A DNA stretch of 64,000 nucleotides from a virus. Its lineage: Duplodnaviria; Caudoviricetes. The translations under genes were made by a program, and so were the position numbers. The stretch spans positions 30,006 through 94,005 of the IMG/VR virus record IMGVR_UViG_2974597119_000001; one strand, 5' to 3'. The first letter of the stretch is position 1. Every line of letters starts with the position of its first letter. The notes under the pieces are model-generated. The model saw only the letters and a list, made by a program, of their open reading frames with translations, did no database searches and was not told the origin of the DNA. Shown piece by piece: positions 56,766-64,000 of this stretch.

Positions 56766-58079
56766 ATGCAAAAGAAGATCACGAAGTCTGTTGTCGACGG
56801 CGCCACGGCACCCGCCACGGGCGACGCGTGGATTTGGGATACCGAGCTGCAGGGGTTCGGGCTGCGCATCCAAGCGAGCGGGCGGAAGGTCTACGTGGTC
56901 CGCTACAGGACGAACGACGCCAAGCGGACCCAGCGCAAGATGAATGTGTGCCGCGCGTCCGACGCCACGCCCGACAAGGCCCGAGCGCTCGCGCGAGACA
57001 TCTTTATGAAGGTGGCCGGCGGTGAAGATCCCGCCGCCGAGCGCAAGCCCGTCAAGAACGAGTTCTCGGTCACCCTGGAGGGAATGTTCCAGGCGCGCGT
57101 GGCCCACATGAGGGCCATTGGTCGGTCGCACGCGAACGAGGTAGAGCGCGTGCTTCTGCTGTCCAAGGAAATGAATGCCGCCGACGCCCTGGGGCGCCAC
57201 AAGCACCCTTCCGAGGTTACGCCGGCAAGCATCGTCAAGTACCTGTCGAAGTATTACGAGGCCGGCCATCGCGGCGCCGCCGACAAGGCGCGAGGCTATA
57301 TCTCCGCCGCCTTCAACTGGGCCATCACCTCCGCCAACGACTACACGGTTGCCCACCGCCAGAACTGGGGCATCGAGCACAATCCCGCCGTGTCCGTGAA
57401 GAAAGACCCTGGCGCCAGCAAGGTTCGCGACCGGAACCTGTCCGCCGACGAGATCCGCATCCTGTGGATCGACTGCGAGGACGGCAACGGCGGGCTGTCG
57501 ACATCGGTCGAGGTCTGCTTGCGCATGATGATCGCCTGCGGCCAGCGCGTGAACGAAACGCTGCGGATAGATGGCATCGACATCGATCTGGAAACGAATC
57601 TCTGGACCATGCCGGCGCACAAGACCAAGGGTCGCAAGCGGCCGCACACGATCCCCCTGCCCGACTGCATCATCCCGGACCTGCGAAAGCTCAAAGAGAA
57701 GCACGGCGACGGGCCCCTGTTCCCGTCGCGCCTTGCCGAGTCCAAGACCGGCCTGCTCAGCGCGCTCGGCGTCTCCCAGGCGGTCTACAAGTACGTGCAT
57801 GCCGAGGACTGCCCGATCAAGCCGTTCCAGACACGCGACCTGCGCCGCACCTGGAAATCTCGCGCGCACGACGCCGGCGTCGACCGCTTCACCCGTGACC
57901 TGATCCAGCAGCACGCCAAGAACGACACCGGGTCGAAGAACTACGACCGCGCCGAATACCTGCCGCAGATGACCGAGGCCATGGAGAAGTGGAACGCATG
58001 GCTCGAGGGCGTCATTGGCGGCCCGACCAAGCCGCAGCCGATCAAGCAGGCGCCGACACATCTCGCGCTGGCGGCCTGA
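56766..58079 (+). CDS. int: Tyrosine integrase with arm-DNA-binding domain
   Basis: WDTELQGFGLR..SGRK; GQRVNE, KTK, RDLRRT, LIQQH, NYDR. Confidence 0.93.
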   Translation: MQKKITKSVVDGATAPATGDAWIWDTELQGFGLRIQASGRKVYVVRYRTNDAKRTQRKMNVCRASDATPDKARALARDIFMKVAGGEDPAAERKPVKNEFSVTLEGMFQARVAHMRAIGRSHANEVERVLLLSKEMNAADALGRHKHPSEVTPASIVKYLSKYYEAGHRGAADKARGYISAAFNWAITSANDYTVAHRQNWGIEHNPAVSVKKDPGASKVRDRNLSADEIRILWIDCEDGNGGLSTSVEVCLRMMIACGQRVNETLRIDGIDIDLETNLWTMPAHKTKGRKRPHTIPLPDCIIPDLRKLKEKHGDGPLFPSRLAESKTGLLSALGVSQAVYKYVHAEDCPIKPFQTRDLRRTWKSRAHDAGVDRFTRDLIQQHAKNDTGSKNYDRAEYLPQMTEAMEKWNAWLEGVIGGPTKPQPIKQAPTHLALAA

Positions 58080-58178
58080 GCAAGACGACTGGAGCCCGGC
58101 ATTAGCCGGGCTCCGCCCAGTCGGGACTTTAGAATTCCAACAGCGGCGCGCAGCGCCATATTTTTTTGAGGTAACGAT

Positions 58179-58406
58179 ATGTCCGTTGAGGATCGTGCAC
58201 AGGAACTCGAGCTGCAGGACTGGGAGCGCAACAACCGCTCGCGCCCGGCGCGCCCCAGGTACAGCCCCGGCGAGCCCGGCTACGGCCCGGCCGAGTGCGT
58301 CGAGTGCGTCGACGACATGCCGGCCGAGCGCCGCGCGATGGGCTCGCACGTCTGCACGGCCTGCAAGACGATCCAGGAGCAGCAGCAAAAGCGAAGGGCC
58401 GCGTAA
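58179..58406 (+). CDS. TraR/DksA C4 zinc-finger protein
   Basis: EDRAQELE...CVEC.DDMPAERRAMG...CTAC. Confidence 0.8.
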   Translation: MSVEDRAQELELQDWERNNRSRPARPRYSPGEPGYGPAECVECVDDMPAERRAMGSHVCTACKTIQEQQQKRRAA

Positions 58407-58427
58407 GCGGCCCCTGCCCCGTCACCA

Positions 58428-58454
58428 AGCCCGCCTCGAGCGGGCTATTTTTTT
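58428..58454 (+). terminator. Rho-independent terminator
   Basis: AGCCCG-CCTCGAG-CGGGCT-ATTTTTTT at convergent gene ends. Confidence 0.7.
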
Positions 58455-59035
58455 GCCTTGCCCGTCCGGCTTTCCCAGTCGGTGATCAGCGCGTTGAGCT
58501 GGGCCCGGCACTCGGCGTACTGGCTGGCGTTGACGGCGTGGTTGTTGAGGATGTCGGGGCTGTCAACTGGGGCCCGAGCAAGATCGGCTCCGCCGGACGG
58601 ACCAGCAGGCTCGCCGGCGGCGGCGGGCAGGTCAGGCCGGAGGGCACGGTCCCACACGCGGACAAAACCATTGGTATAGACAGCAGGAGGGATAGCTTTC
58701 GGAGGTTCACCGGGTTTCTCCACGTAGACCTTGGTAACTTTCGGGACTTCTTTGATCACCTCGACGGTGACGGTCTTGATGTTGCGCTTCTCGAGCTCGA
58801 GATCGGCCGCCAGCTTGTCGCCGCGCGCGCGCTGCGCGTCGATCTCAGCCTGCAGCTTCTGCTGGGCCTTGAGCTGGTTCGCGGCCTCGCGGTCGCCGCG
58901 CATGTCCCAGCCCTTGTAGAAGGCGCCGCCGGTCAGGGCGGCCACCAGCAGGACGCCGGCCAGGATAAGCCAGGGCAGGAACGGGCGCGCGACGGCTTTC
59001 GCAGCCGCGCCGGCGGCGTCGGATACGACGGTCAT
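58445..59035 (-). CDS. i-spanin (Rz-like)
   Basis: N-terminal TM plus coiled coil; in the lysis cassette. Confidence 0.7.
   Translation of the reverse strand: MTVVSDAAGAAAKAVARPFLPWLILAGVLLVAALTGGAFYKGWDMRGDREAANQLKAQQKLQAEIDAQRARGDKLAADLELEKRNIKTVTVEVIKEVPKVTKVYVEKPGEPPKAIPPAVYTNGFVRVWDRALRPDLPAAAGEPAGPSGGADLARAPVDSPDILNNHAVNASQYAECRAQLNALITDWESRTGKAKK
58486..58710 (-). CDS. o-spanin (Rz1-like) nested lipoprotein
   Basis: Lipobox LSAC, Pro-rich, embedded in another frame of the Rz-like gene. Confidence 0.7.
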   Translation of the reverse strand: MNLRKLSLLLSIPMVLSACGTVPSGLTCPPPPASLLVRPAEPILLGPQLTAPTSSTTTPSTPASTPSAGPSSTR

Positions 59036-59304
59036 CGGGTCACCTCGTGGCGGTCGGCCTTCTCCGCGATCTGCTCTTTCACCGCATCGACCTTCTCGAA
59101 CAACTGCCGAAAGTTCTCGCGCTGCTCGGCGCGGAACTCCCGGAACTCGTCCTTGAGCACGTAGTCCTGGAGGCGATCAGAGAGGCGCGCATTGGCCGCC
59201 TGCAGGTCTTTGATGGAATCGGACTGACCTTTCATGATGAACCCGCCCAGGAACGTCACCACGCCAAAGATCATCTGCAGGAGGAATTGCAGGTCGACGT
59301 TCAC
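59032..59304 (-). CDS. TM/coiled-coil lysis-cassette protein
   Basis: GTG start MNVDLQFLLQMIFG. Confidence 0.6.
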   Translation of the reverse strand: MNVDLQFLLQMIFGVVTFLGGFIMKGQSDSIKDLQAANARLSDRLQDYVLKDEFREFRAEQRENFRQLFEKVDAVKEQIAEKADRHEVTR

Positions 59305-60029
59305 GAACGCCCCTCGAAAAATGGCTCGTACTTGGGGCGCCGAACGTTGATCACGTTGTCGACGTACTCGCGGTTGATGTGGAATGGGCTGGCTCCGTAG
59401 CCCTGCCATTTGGCCTTGGATTTGAGGCTGGTGTGCTCGACGTGGCCGAACCAGCGACTGCGGTCGCAGCCGTCGGTGTTCTTGCACAGCAGGCGATCCT
59501 GGCGCAGGCCGGACTCGCCGCCGTTGTAGGCCGACAGTGTGAACGCCAAACGGTCGGTCGAGGTCGCCGCGTCGCTCACGCGGCCGTAGATGCCCTTGTC
59601 CATCTCGACGATGGCCGTGAGCTGATACTTGGCGTCGTAGCGATTCTCCCAGGCCCAGCCCCGCAGACTGGCGTACTCCTGGCGGAGCTCCTGGAACTTG
59701 TTGAAGCGGACGGATCCGTCCGCTCGGTAGGCAATGGTGATCTGGCCCAGGCCGAACCCGTACTCGCGGCTCGTCTTGAGCTCGGAACGCGTGTTCCAGC
59801 ATTTCGAGTGCGTGAGCGAAATGCAGGATTCCTGCTCGATCTGCGCCGCCATGAATGACGGCATGGGCGCCGTCGGCCAGATGTTCTCTTGAACGGTACG
59901 CAGCTCCGGCAGCAGCTTGTGCGCGGCCGGCGGGACGAACGTGCGGACGTTCTGAGCGTACACCGCCGAGCTCGCGCAGGAGGCGATCATTGCGACCGCC
60001 ATGACGAGCAGGTGCCGAAGCGTGCGCAT
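59301..60029 (-). CDS. Endolysin, lytic transglycosylase with signal peptide
   Basis: AQIEQES, GLGQ, AYNGG, NREYV. Confidence 0.88.
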   Translation of the reverse strand: MRTLRHLLVMAVAMIASCASSAVYAQNVRTFVPPAAHKLLPELRTVQENIWPTAPMPSFMAAQIEQESCISLTHSKCWNTRSELKTSREYGFGLGQITIAYRADGSVRFNKFQELRQEYASLRGWAWENRYDAKYQLTAIVEMDKGIYGRVSDAATSTDRLAFTLSAYNGGESGLRQDRLLCKNTDGCDRSRWFGHVEHTSLKSKAKWQGYGASPFHINREYVDNVINVRRPKYEPFFEGRS

Positions 60030-60331
60030 TATGACTTCGCCCACAGCACCAGAGACAGCACGACGATGCCGACGAAAAGGACAACGGACGCCACCACTGT
60101 CCCGGCGGCGCGGTTCCCGATCATCACGTCGTGCATCAAATCGCCGAGCTGGATCTGCGGGAAGATCACGCGACTGATCACGATGGCGATGCCTGAGAGC
60201 ACCAGCGCGTAGGAGGTCCACTCCAGCAGCGTGCGGACCATCGCCGGGTCGACGAAGAAGAACAGGTAGAGGACCGCCGGCAGGATGAGCAGCCACGCGG
60301 ACGGATCGATAAGGGCCTTGAGGCGGTTCAT
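60029..60331 (-). CDS. Holin-like membrane protein
   Basis: Three TM segments; GGAG RBS; directly upstream of the endolysin. Confidence 0.7.
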   Translation of the reverse strand: MNRLKALIDPSAWLLILPAVLYLFFFVDPAMVRTLLEWTSYALVLSGIAIVISRVIFPQIQLGDLMHDVMIGNRAAGTVVASVVLFVGIVVLSLVLWAKS

Positions 60332-60342
60332 GACGACTCCAG

Positions 60343-60373
60343 AAAAAAGACTGCGGCTAGACAACCGCAGTCT
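60343..60373 (-). terminator. Terminator of the tail-fibre operon
   Basis: AGACTGCGG/CCGCAGTCT plus TTTTT on the minus strand. Confidence 0.75.
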
Positions 60374-60383
60374 ATCGTCACGA
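60369..60383 (-). promoter_or_regulatory. Late promoter motif (lysis cassette)
   Basis: TCGTGAC-GA-TAGACT. Confidence 0.65.
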
Positions 60384-60402
60384 CAACTCGCGCCTGCGCG
60401 GG

Positions 60403-61098
60403 TTACGTCTTGATAATATAGTTCATCGAAACGTTTCGCGGCCGAGTAATTCCGAGGCCACCATTGTTGCTCACGCTGCCAGGGTTGAGCGTAAAAAACT
60501 GCGTGTAGCCAGTATATGCTTGGTCAACAAGAGGGTCGACCCCAAACATATCGGATGGAGTTCCGTCGGATGTGCGAAAGAACGTGGGATCTGGATTAGC
60601 AGAGTGCGGATCCCAGTGCGTGAGCGACCCCTTTTGGCGAGATCCAAGAACGCGCGCCGGATCTGCCCCTCGGCCTCGATCCAGACCGCGAATGAATTCG
60701 CCGCGCAGATCCGGCACGTTAAACGTGGTGCTGCCGTCACCCACGCCATGCGGAGCCACCACGAGCACGACACCCGATGCCGTCGCAGTCGCGTTCTTGG
60801 AGAGGGTCAGCGTGCTCGTGCCAATATTGATGGCCGTGATCGTCGTGGCAGACTGGATGCCCGGGCCACTGATCGGCATGCCGACCTGCAAGTTGGTCGT
60901 CGAGGCAACAGTGACAGACGCCGAACCGTTCGTCGTATTGCCCGTCGCGGAGAGGGTAATCGTTGCAAACAGGGCCGCGTATGCCGTGCGGCTGACCGCC
61001 TGCCCTTCGCACATCAGGAAACCGCGCGGCGCAACCGCGCCGCCGAATGGGAACACGACACCGCGCATCCCATCGAGAAGATCATGCAGAGCTGCCAA
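60403..61098 (-). CDS. Tail-collar domain tail fibre protein
   Basis: GFLMCEGQAVSRTAYAALF...FNVPDLRGEFIRG...RPRNVSMNYIIK. Confidence 0.85.
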   Translation of the reverse strand: MAALHDLLDGMRGVVFPFGGAVAPRGFLMCEGQAVSRTAYAALFATITLSATGNTTNGSASVTVASTTNLQVGMPISGPGIQSATTITAINIGTSTLTLSKNATATASGVVLVVAPHGVGDGSTTFNVPDLRGEFIRGLDRGRGADPARVLGSRQKGSLTHWDPHSANPDPTFFRTSDGTPSDMFGVDPLVDQAYTGYTQFFTLNPGSVSNNGGLGITRPRNVSMNYIIKT

Positions 61099-61119
61099 TC
61101 ATCGTCCCAGCCTTTTCGC

Positions 61120-61530
61120 TTACAGAAAGTCGGGAGCTTCCGGCATCGCGACTGCCGGGAAGCCCTGTTGTTCGGGGATATCGCGCAGCGATTGGCGGTA
61201 CGCGAGCAATGCCATGAACTGGCTGGCCGTCAGCGTCGTATCGCCGCCGGCGTCGGCCTCGTCGCGGTGGCGCGTGACCATCCAGTCGGTAGACGAAAGC
61301 GCCCCGTCGCGCTGCGCGCGCGCAGCATCGGCAAGCTGCTCGTCAGTCGGCGGCGGCTGATCGACCAGCATCGGGAAACCGTCATCATCACCGACGATCC
61401 GCTTCCCAGTGGACTGCCCCTCGAGAAGCGCGGCGTGGTCATCGGCCGTGATCTCCACGGCGTCGCCGGGAATGCTCGTGTTGATGGCGTCATCGTAGAA
61501 GCCGCCGGAGGATTTCGAGTAATAGAGCAT
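61120..61530 (-). CDS. Tail fibre assembly chaperone
   Basis: YYSKSSGGFY...YRQSLRDIPEQQGFP. Confidence 0.85.
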   Translation of the reverse strand: MLYYSKSSGGFYDDAINTSIPGDAVEITADDHAALLEGQSTGKRIVGDDDGFPMLVDQPPPTDEQLADAARAQRDGALSSTDWMVTRHRDEADAGGDTTLTASQFMALLAYRQSLRDIPEQQGFPAVAMPEAPDFL

Positions 61531-61541
61531 GTGTGAACGTC

Positions 61542-62543
61542 CTAGTTACCGATGGCGAGGTACGTGCAGCCGAGATTGAGGTTGCCGTCACCTGGGTTCC
61601 TCGAGCTGGAGAAGTGAACAGTGAATCCAGTTTGGGTCGAGACGCCGGCGGCAGCGATACAGAAGTTCAGCGTCGTTCCCACAATGACCTGCTGAGCCGC
61701 ATTCGGGAATGCCAATGGGAAAGTGATGGATCGAGAGACGTTCGAGTTCGGCGCAAGCGGAGTTCCGCTTTCGTTGAAAACGCCACATTGAAGAATCACA
61801 CCGCTCGGCAGTTTTTGATAGCCGTTGTTGGCATTGAAAAGCGCACCAAAGACGCCGGCGAATTGAGCGAGAGCAGTGCCAGACGCAAGGATCCAGCCGG
61901 TTCCAGGTTTTGCGACCAGCACGGCGTCACCAGTCCCAGCAATCTGAAAGCTCGTGATGGCCGACGTGGTTCCGAAGATGCCATCACCAGCGGCCGCCTG
62001 AACCGTCAACGTGGCAGTCACAGTGGCGCTTTTGAGATGAAACACGGCACCATCGGGAACGGTAGAAAGGGACGGCAAGGTCCAGGTGTAGGCTCCCGTA
62101 TTGGTCCCGTAGAGGTAACGACCTGCCTGTGACGCCGTGAGGGCTTGAGATCCGCTCAGAATCTCCATTCGCGAAAACGCGACGCCTGCCCTTTTCACAA
62201 ATTCGGTCGTCGCCAGCGTGGTCGAGTCGTCAAACTGCGCCGGCGTCGGCATCGACGCTGGTCCCGACAGCACGCCGCCAGACAACGGCAGCGCATTCGC
62301 CACGGCAAACGACGCGAGGTTGATCCCGATCAGCATGTCGCCGGCGCTGGCCGGATTGGCGAGCGTGACCGTGCTGCCGTTGGTCGCGATGTAGTCGACG
62401 TTCGGCTCGAGCAGCGCGCCGTTCTTGAAGAACAGGCAGCGGCCCGGCGTGTAGTTGACCAAGACTTCCGTCTGGCCCTGCGCCAGCGTGACCGGCGCGA
62501 AGCTGAAAAGCGTGTTCAGGGGGCTGTTGCCAAGGTAAGCCAT
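61542..62543 (-). CDS. Tail fibre protein
   Basis: DDSTTLATTEFV; NGYQKLPSGVILQCG; FPLAFPN. Confidence 0.85.
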   Translation of the reverse strand: MAYLGNSPLNTLFSFAPVTLAQGQTEVLVNYTPGRCLFFKNGALLEPNVDYIATNGSTVTLANPASAGDMLIGINLASFAVANALPLSGGVLSGPASMPTPAQFDDSTTLATTEFVKRAGVAFSRMEILSGSQALTASQAGRYLYGTNTGAYTWTLPSLSTVPDGAVFHLKSATVTATLTVQAAAGDGIFGTTSAITSFQIAGTGDAVLVAKPGTGWILASGTALAQFAGVFGALFNANNGYQKLPSGVILQCGVFNESGTPLAPNSNVSRSITFPLAFPNAAQQVIVGTTLNFCIAAAGVSTQTGFTVHFSSSRNPGDGNLNLGCTYLAIGN

Positions 62544-62554
62544 GTCCCAGCCTC

Positions 62555-63160
62555 CTATGCGAATTTGATGATGTAGTTCATGGCGACGTTGCGCGGGCGA
62601 GTTTCAGCAGCAGTCCGAGCCACGCGCGAGGCATCGAACGTAAGCACGTCGGTATTGGCTGCAGTGCCGGTAGTGATAGAGGACGCTCCTGGCGCTCCTC
62701 CCTTGATGGACAGATCGAAGGCGCCAGCACCGGTCGCTCCACCAATTGCTCCACCGCCCGCTCCAGCCAGCGGTCGTGGCTGGATGGTTCCCGTGATGTT
62801 TTGCAACGCGTCCTGCTGGGCAGTCCCCAGCGCTCGCCCCGAGTCCACCCCTCGCCCCTGGTCCAGCCCGCGAATGAATTCACCCCGGGCCTCGGGAAGA
62901 TTGAACGTGGTCGTGCCGTTGCCCGCGCCATAGGTCGTGCCGATGGCCGCGAACAGCTTCGCGTAGGTCGTGCGGCTCACAGCAGACCCGTCGCACAGCA
63001 TCCAGCCTTCCGGCGGCAGCGGGCCCGCATAGGGCAGCACGACGCCGGCCGGCACGGCGTTCTGCACGAAGGCGGTCGAAGCGACAGCGCTCGACGAGTC
63101 CCCGGCGGCCGCCGTCGGCACGTACTGCGCCGGCGATTGATCGTAGTTCAGGCGCCCCAT
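62555..63160 (-). CDS. Tail-collar domain protein
   Basis: PAGVVLPYAG..PEGWMLCDGSAVSRTTYAKLFAAIG. Confidence 0.88.
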   Translation of the reverse strand: MGRLNYDQSPAQYVPTAAAGDSSSAVASTAFVQNAVPAGVVLPYAGPLPPEGWMLCDGSAVSRTTYAKLFAAIGTTYGAGNGTTTFNLPEARGEFIRGLDQGRGVDSGRALGTAQQDALQNITGTIQPRPLAGAGGGAIGGATGAGAFDLSIKGGAPGASSITTGTAANTDVLTFDASRVARTAAETRPRNVAMNYIIKFA

Positions 63161-63161
63161 A

Positions 63162-63482
63162 TCAGAGCTCCGTCGCCGAGATCACGTAGTCGATGGCGGC
63201 CGCCGCGCTGGCTTGCACGTTCAGCGTGTCGCCCGGCTTGAGGACGATCTGCGCCTCGGGCTTGAGCGTCAGCGTGCCGTTCGCCGGCACCATCGCCTTG
63301 AACAGCACATGCTTGGTCACGCCGCCGCTGGTGACGGAGACCGACACGTTAGGCGTGGAGTTGTCGGTGATGTTGCAGAACGTCGCCGACGTAATGACCG
63401 TGCCACGGCCGGCTGGCGCGGTATAGGCCACGGCCTGCGCAGTGCCGCAGGTGCCGAGGGCATTCTTGAAATTGGTTGCCAT
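63162..63482 (-). CDS. Small tail-associated protein
   Basis: Beta-rich; located in the fibre operon. Confidence 0.65.
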   Translation of the reverse strand: MATNFKNALGTCGTAQAVAYTAPAGRGTVITSATFCNITDNSTPNVSVSVTSGGVTKHVLFKAMVPANGTLTLKPEAQIVLKPGDTLNVQASAAAAIDYVISATEL

Positions 63483-63488
63483 GAAAGG

Positions 63489-64000
63489 TTATCCCCCGAA
63501 GATGATTGCGTATTCGATGGCGAGATCGTTCGCCGTCTGCTGGACGAATTCGGTGTTGGCGACCTGCTGCGAGCTGTCGCCGGCGGTCGGCGTCGGCGCG
63601 GTCGGCGTGCCCAACAGGGCCGCGTTCGTGTAGTCGTTGGTCGACTGCAGGACGTTCGTGGCGTCGCACCAGAGCTCGACGTTCCTGCCCTGCGCGACAG
63701 CGATGCCGGTGCCGGCGGCCGTCTTGACGGTCAGCGAGAACGCGCCGGAGGTGCGGTTCGAGACGATCCAGCTTTTCGCCACGGCCGGAACGATGACGGA
63801 GATGTTGCCGGTCAGAGCGCCGGTGAACACCAGGATCCCCGCGCCGGCCTCGACGGCGGATAGCGTGACGTTGACGTTGCCGCTGACATCCTTGGAGGTC
63901 ACGCCGTTGACCGTGCCCTGCACGAATGCGGTCGTGGCGATCTTCGTCGAGTTGTCGCCCAGCGGCGGCGTCGGAGCGGTCGGCGTGCCGGTCAGGGCCG
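63489..64000 (-). CDS. Tail fibre protein, 3' part (runs off the window's right edge)
   Basis: GTPTAP..GD.S...A.T.FVQ repeats. Confidence 0.8.
   Translation of the reverse strand, partial: ALTGTPTAPTPPLGDNSTKIATTAFVQGTVNGVTSKDVSGNVNVTLSAVEAGAGILVFTGALTGNISVIVPAVAKSWIVSNRTSGAFSLTVKTAAGTGIAVAQGRNVELWCDATNVLQSTNDYTNAALLGTPTAPTPTAGDSSQQVANTEFVQQTANDLAIEYAIIFGG

Noticed and set aside
1-64000. CRISPR array, reverse transcriptase/DGR/retron, transposase
   Set aside because: No repeat-spacer array and no RT or transposase motifs were seen

Overview
GC-rich segment of a large temperate tailed phage, probably infecting Burkholderiales (Achromobacter/Bordetella-like; inferred). It appears to be in the unintegrated state, because an attP-like tRNA-His 3' half lies between phage genes. 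Minus-strand late genes: DarB-like methylase, InPase, MuF-like protein, portal, terminase, lysis cassette and tail fibres. Also present are replication and recombination modules (primase-helicase, SF2 helicase, SSB, RecE-like, SMC-like, RecD-like), an integrase and many small early genes. Main points of interest: (1) a ~2.2 kb non-coding RNA cluster with 3 tRNAs, a circularly permuted two-piece tmRNA and ~1.3 kb of unassigned structured RNA, separated by long hairpins and near rtcB; (2) a RelA/SpoT synthetase, small protein, HD hydrolase and phosphatase block inside the head module, whose proteins share a putative capsid-targeting motif with DarB and InPase; (3) a 10-copy TCGTGAC-N2-(-10 box) late promoter, which looks leaderless in six copies; (4) the paired repeat flanking attP (TAGGGCGC-N3-TAGGGCGC) recurring at 7 distant sites next to promoters, RBSs or a terminator. 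All calls come from reading motifs by eye; no database searches were run.
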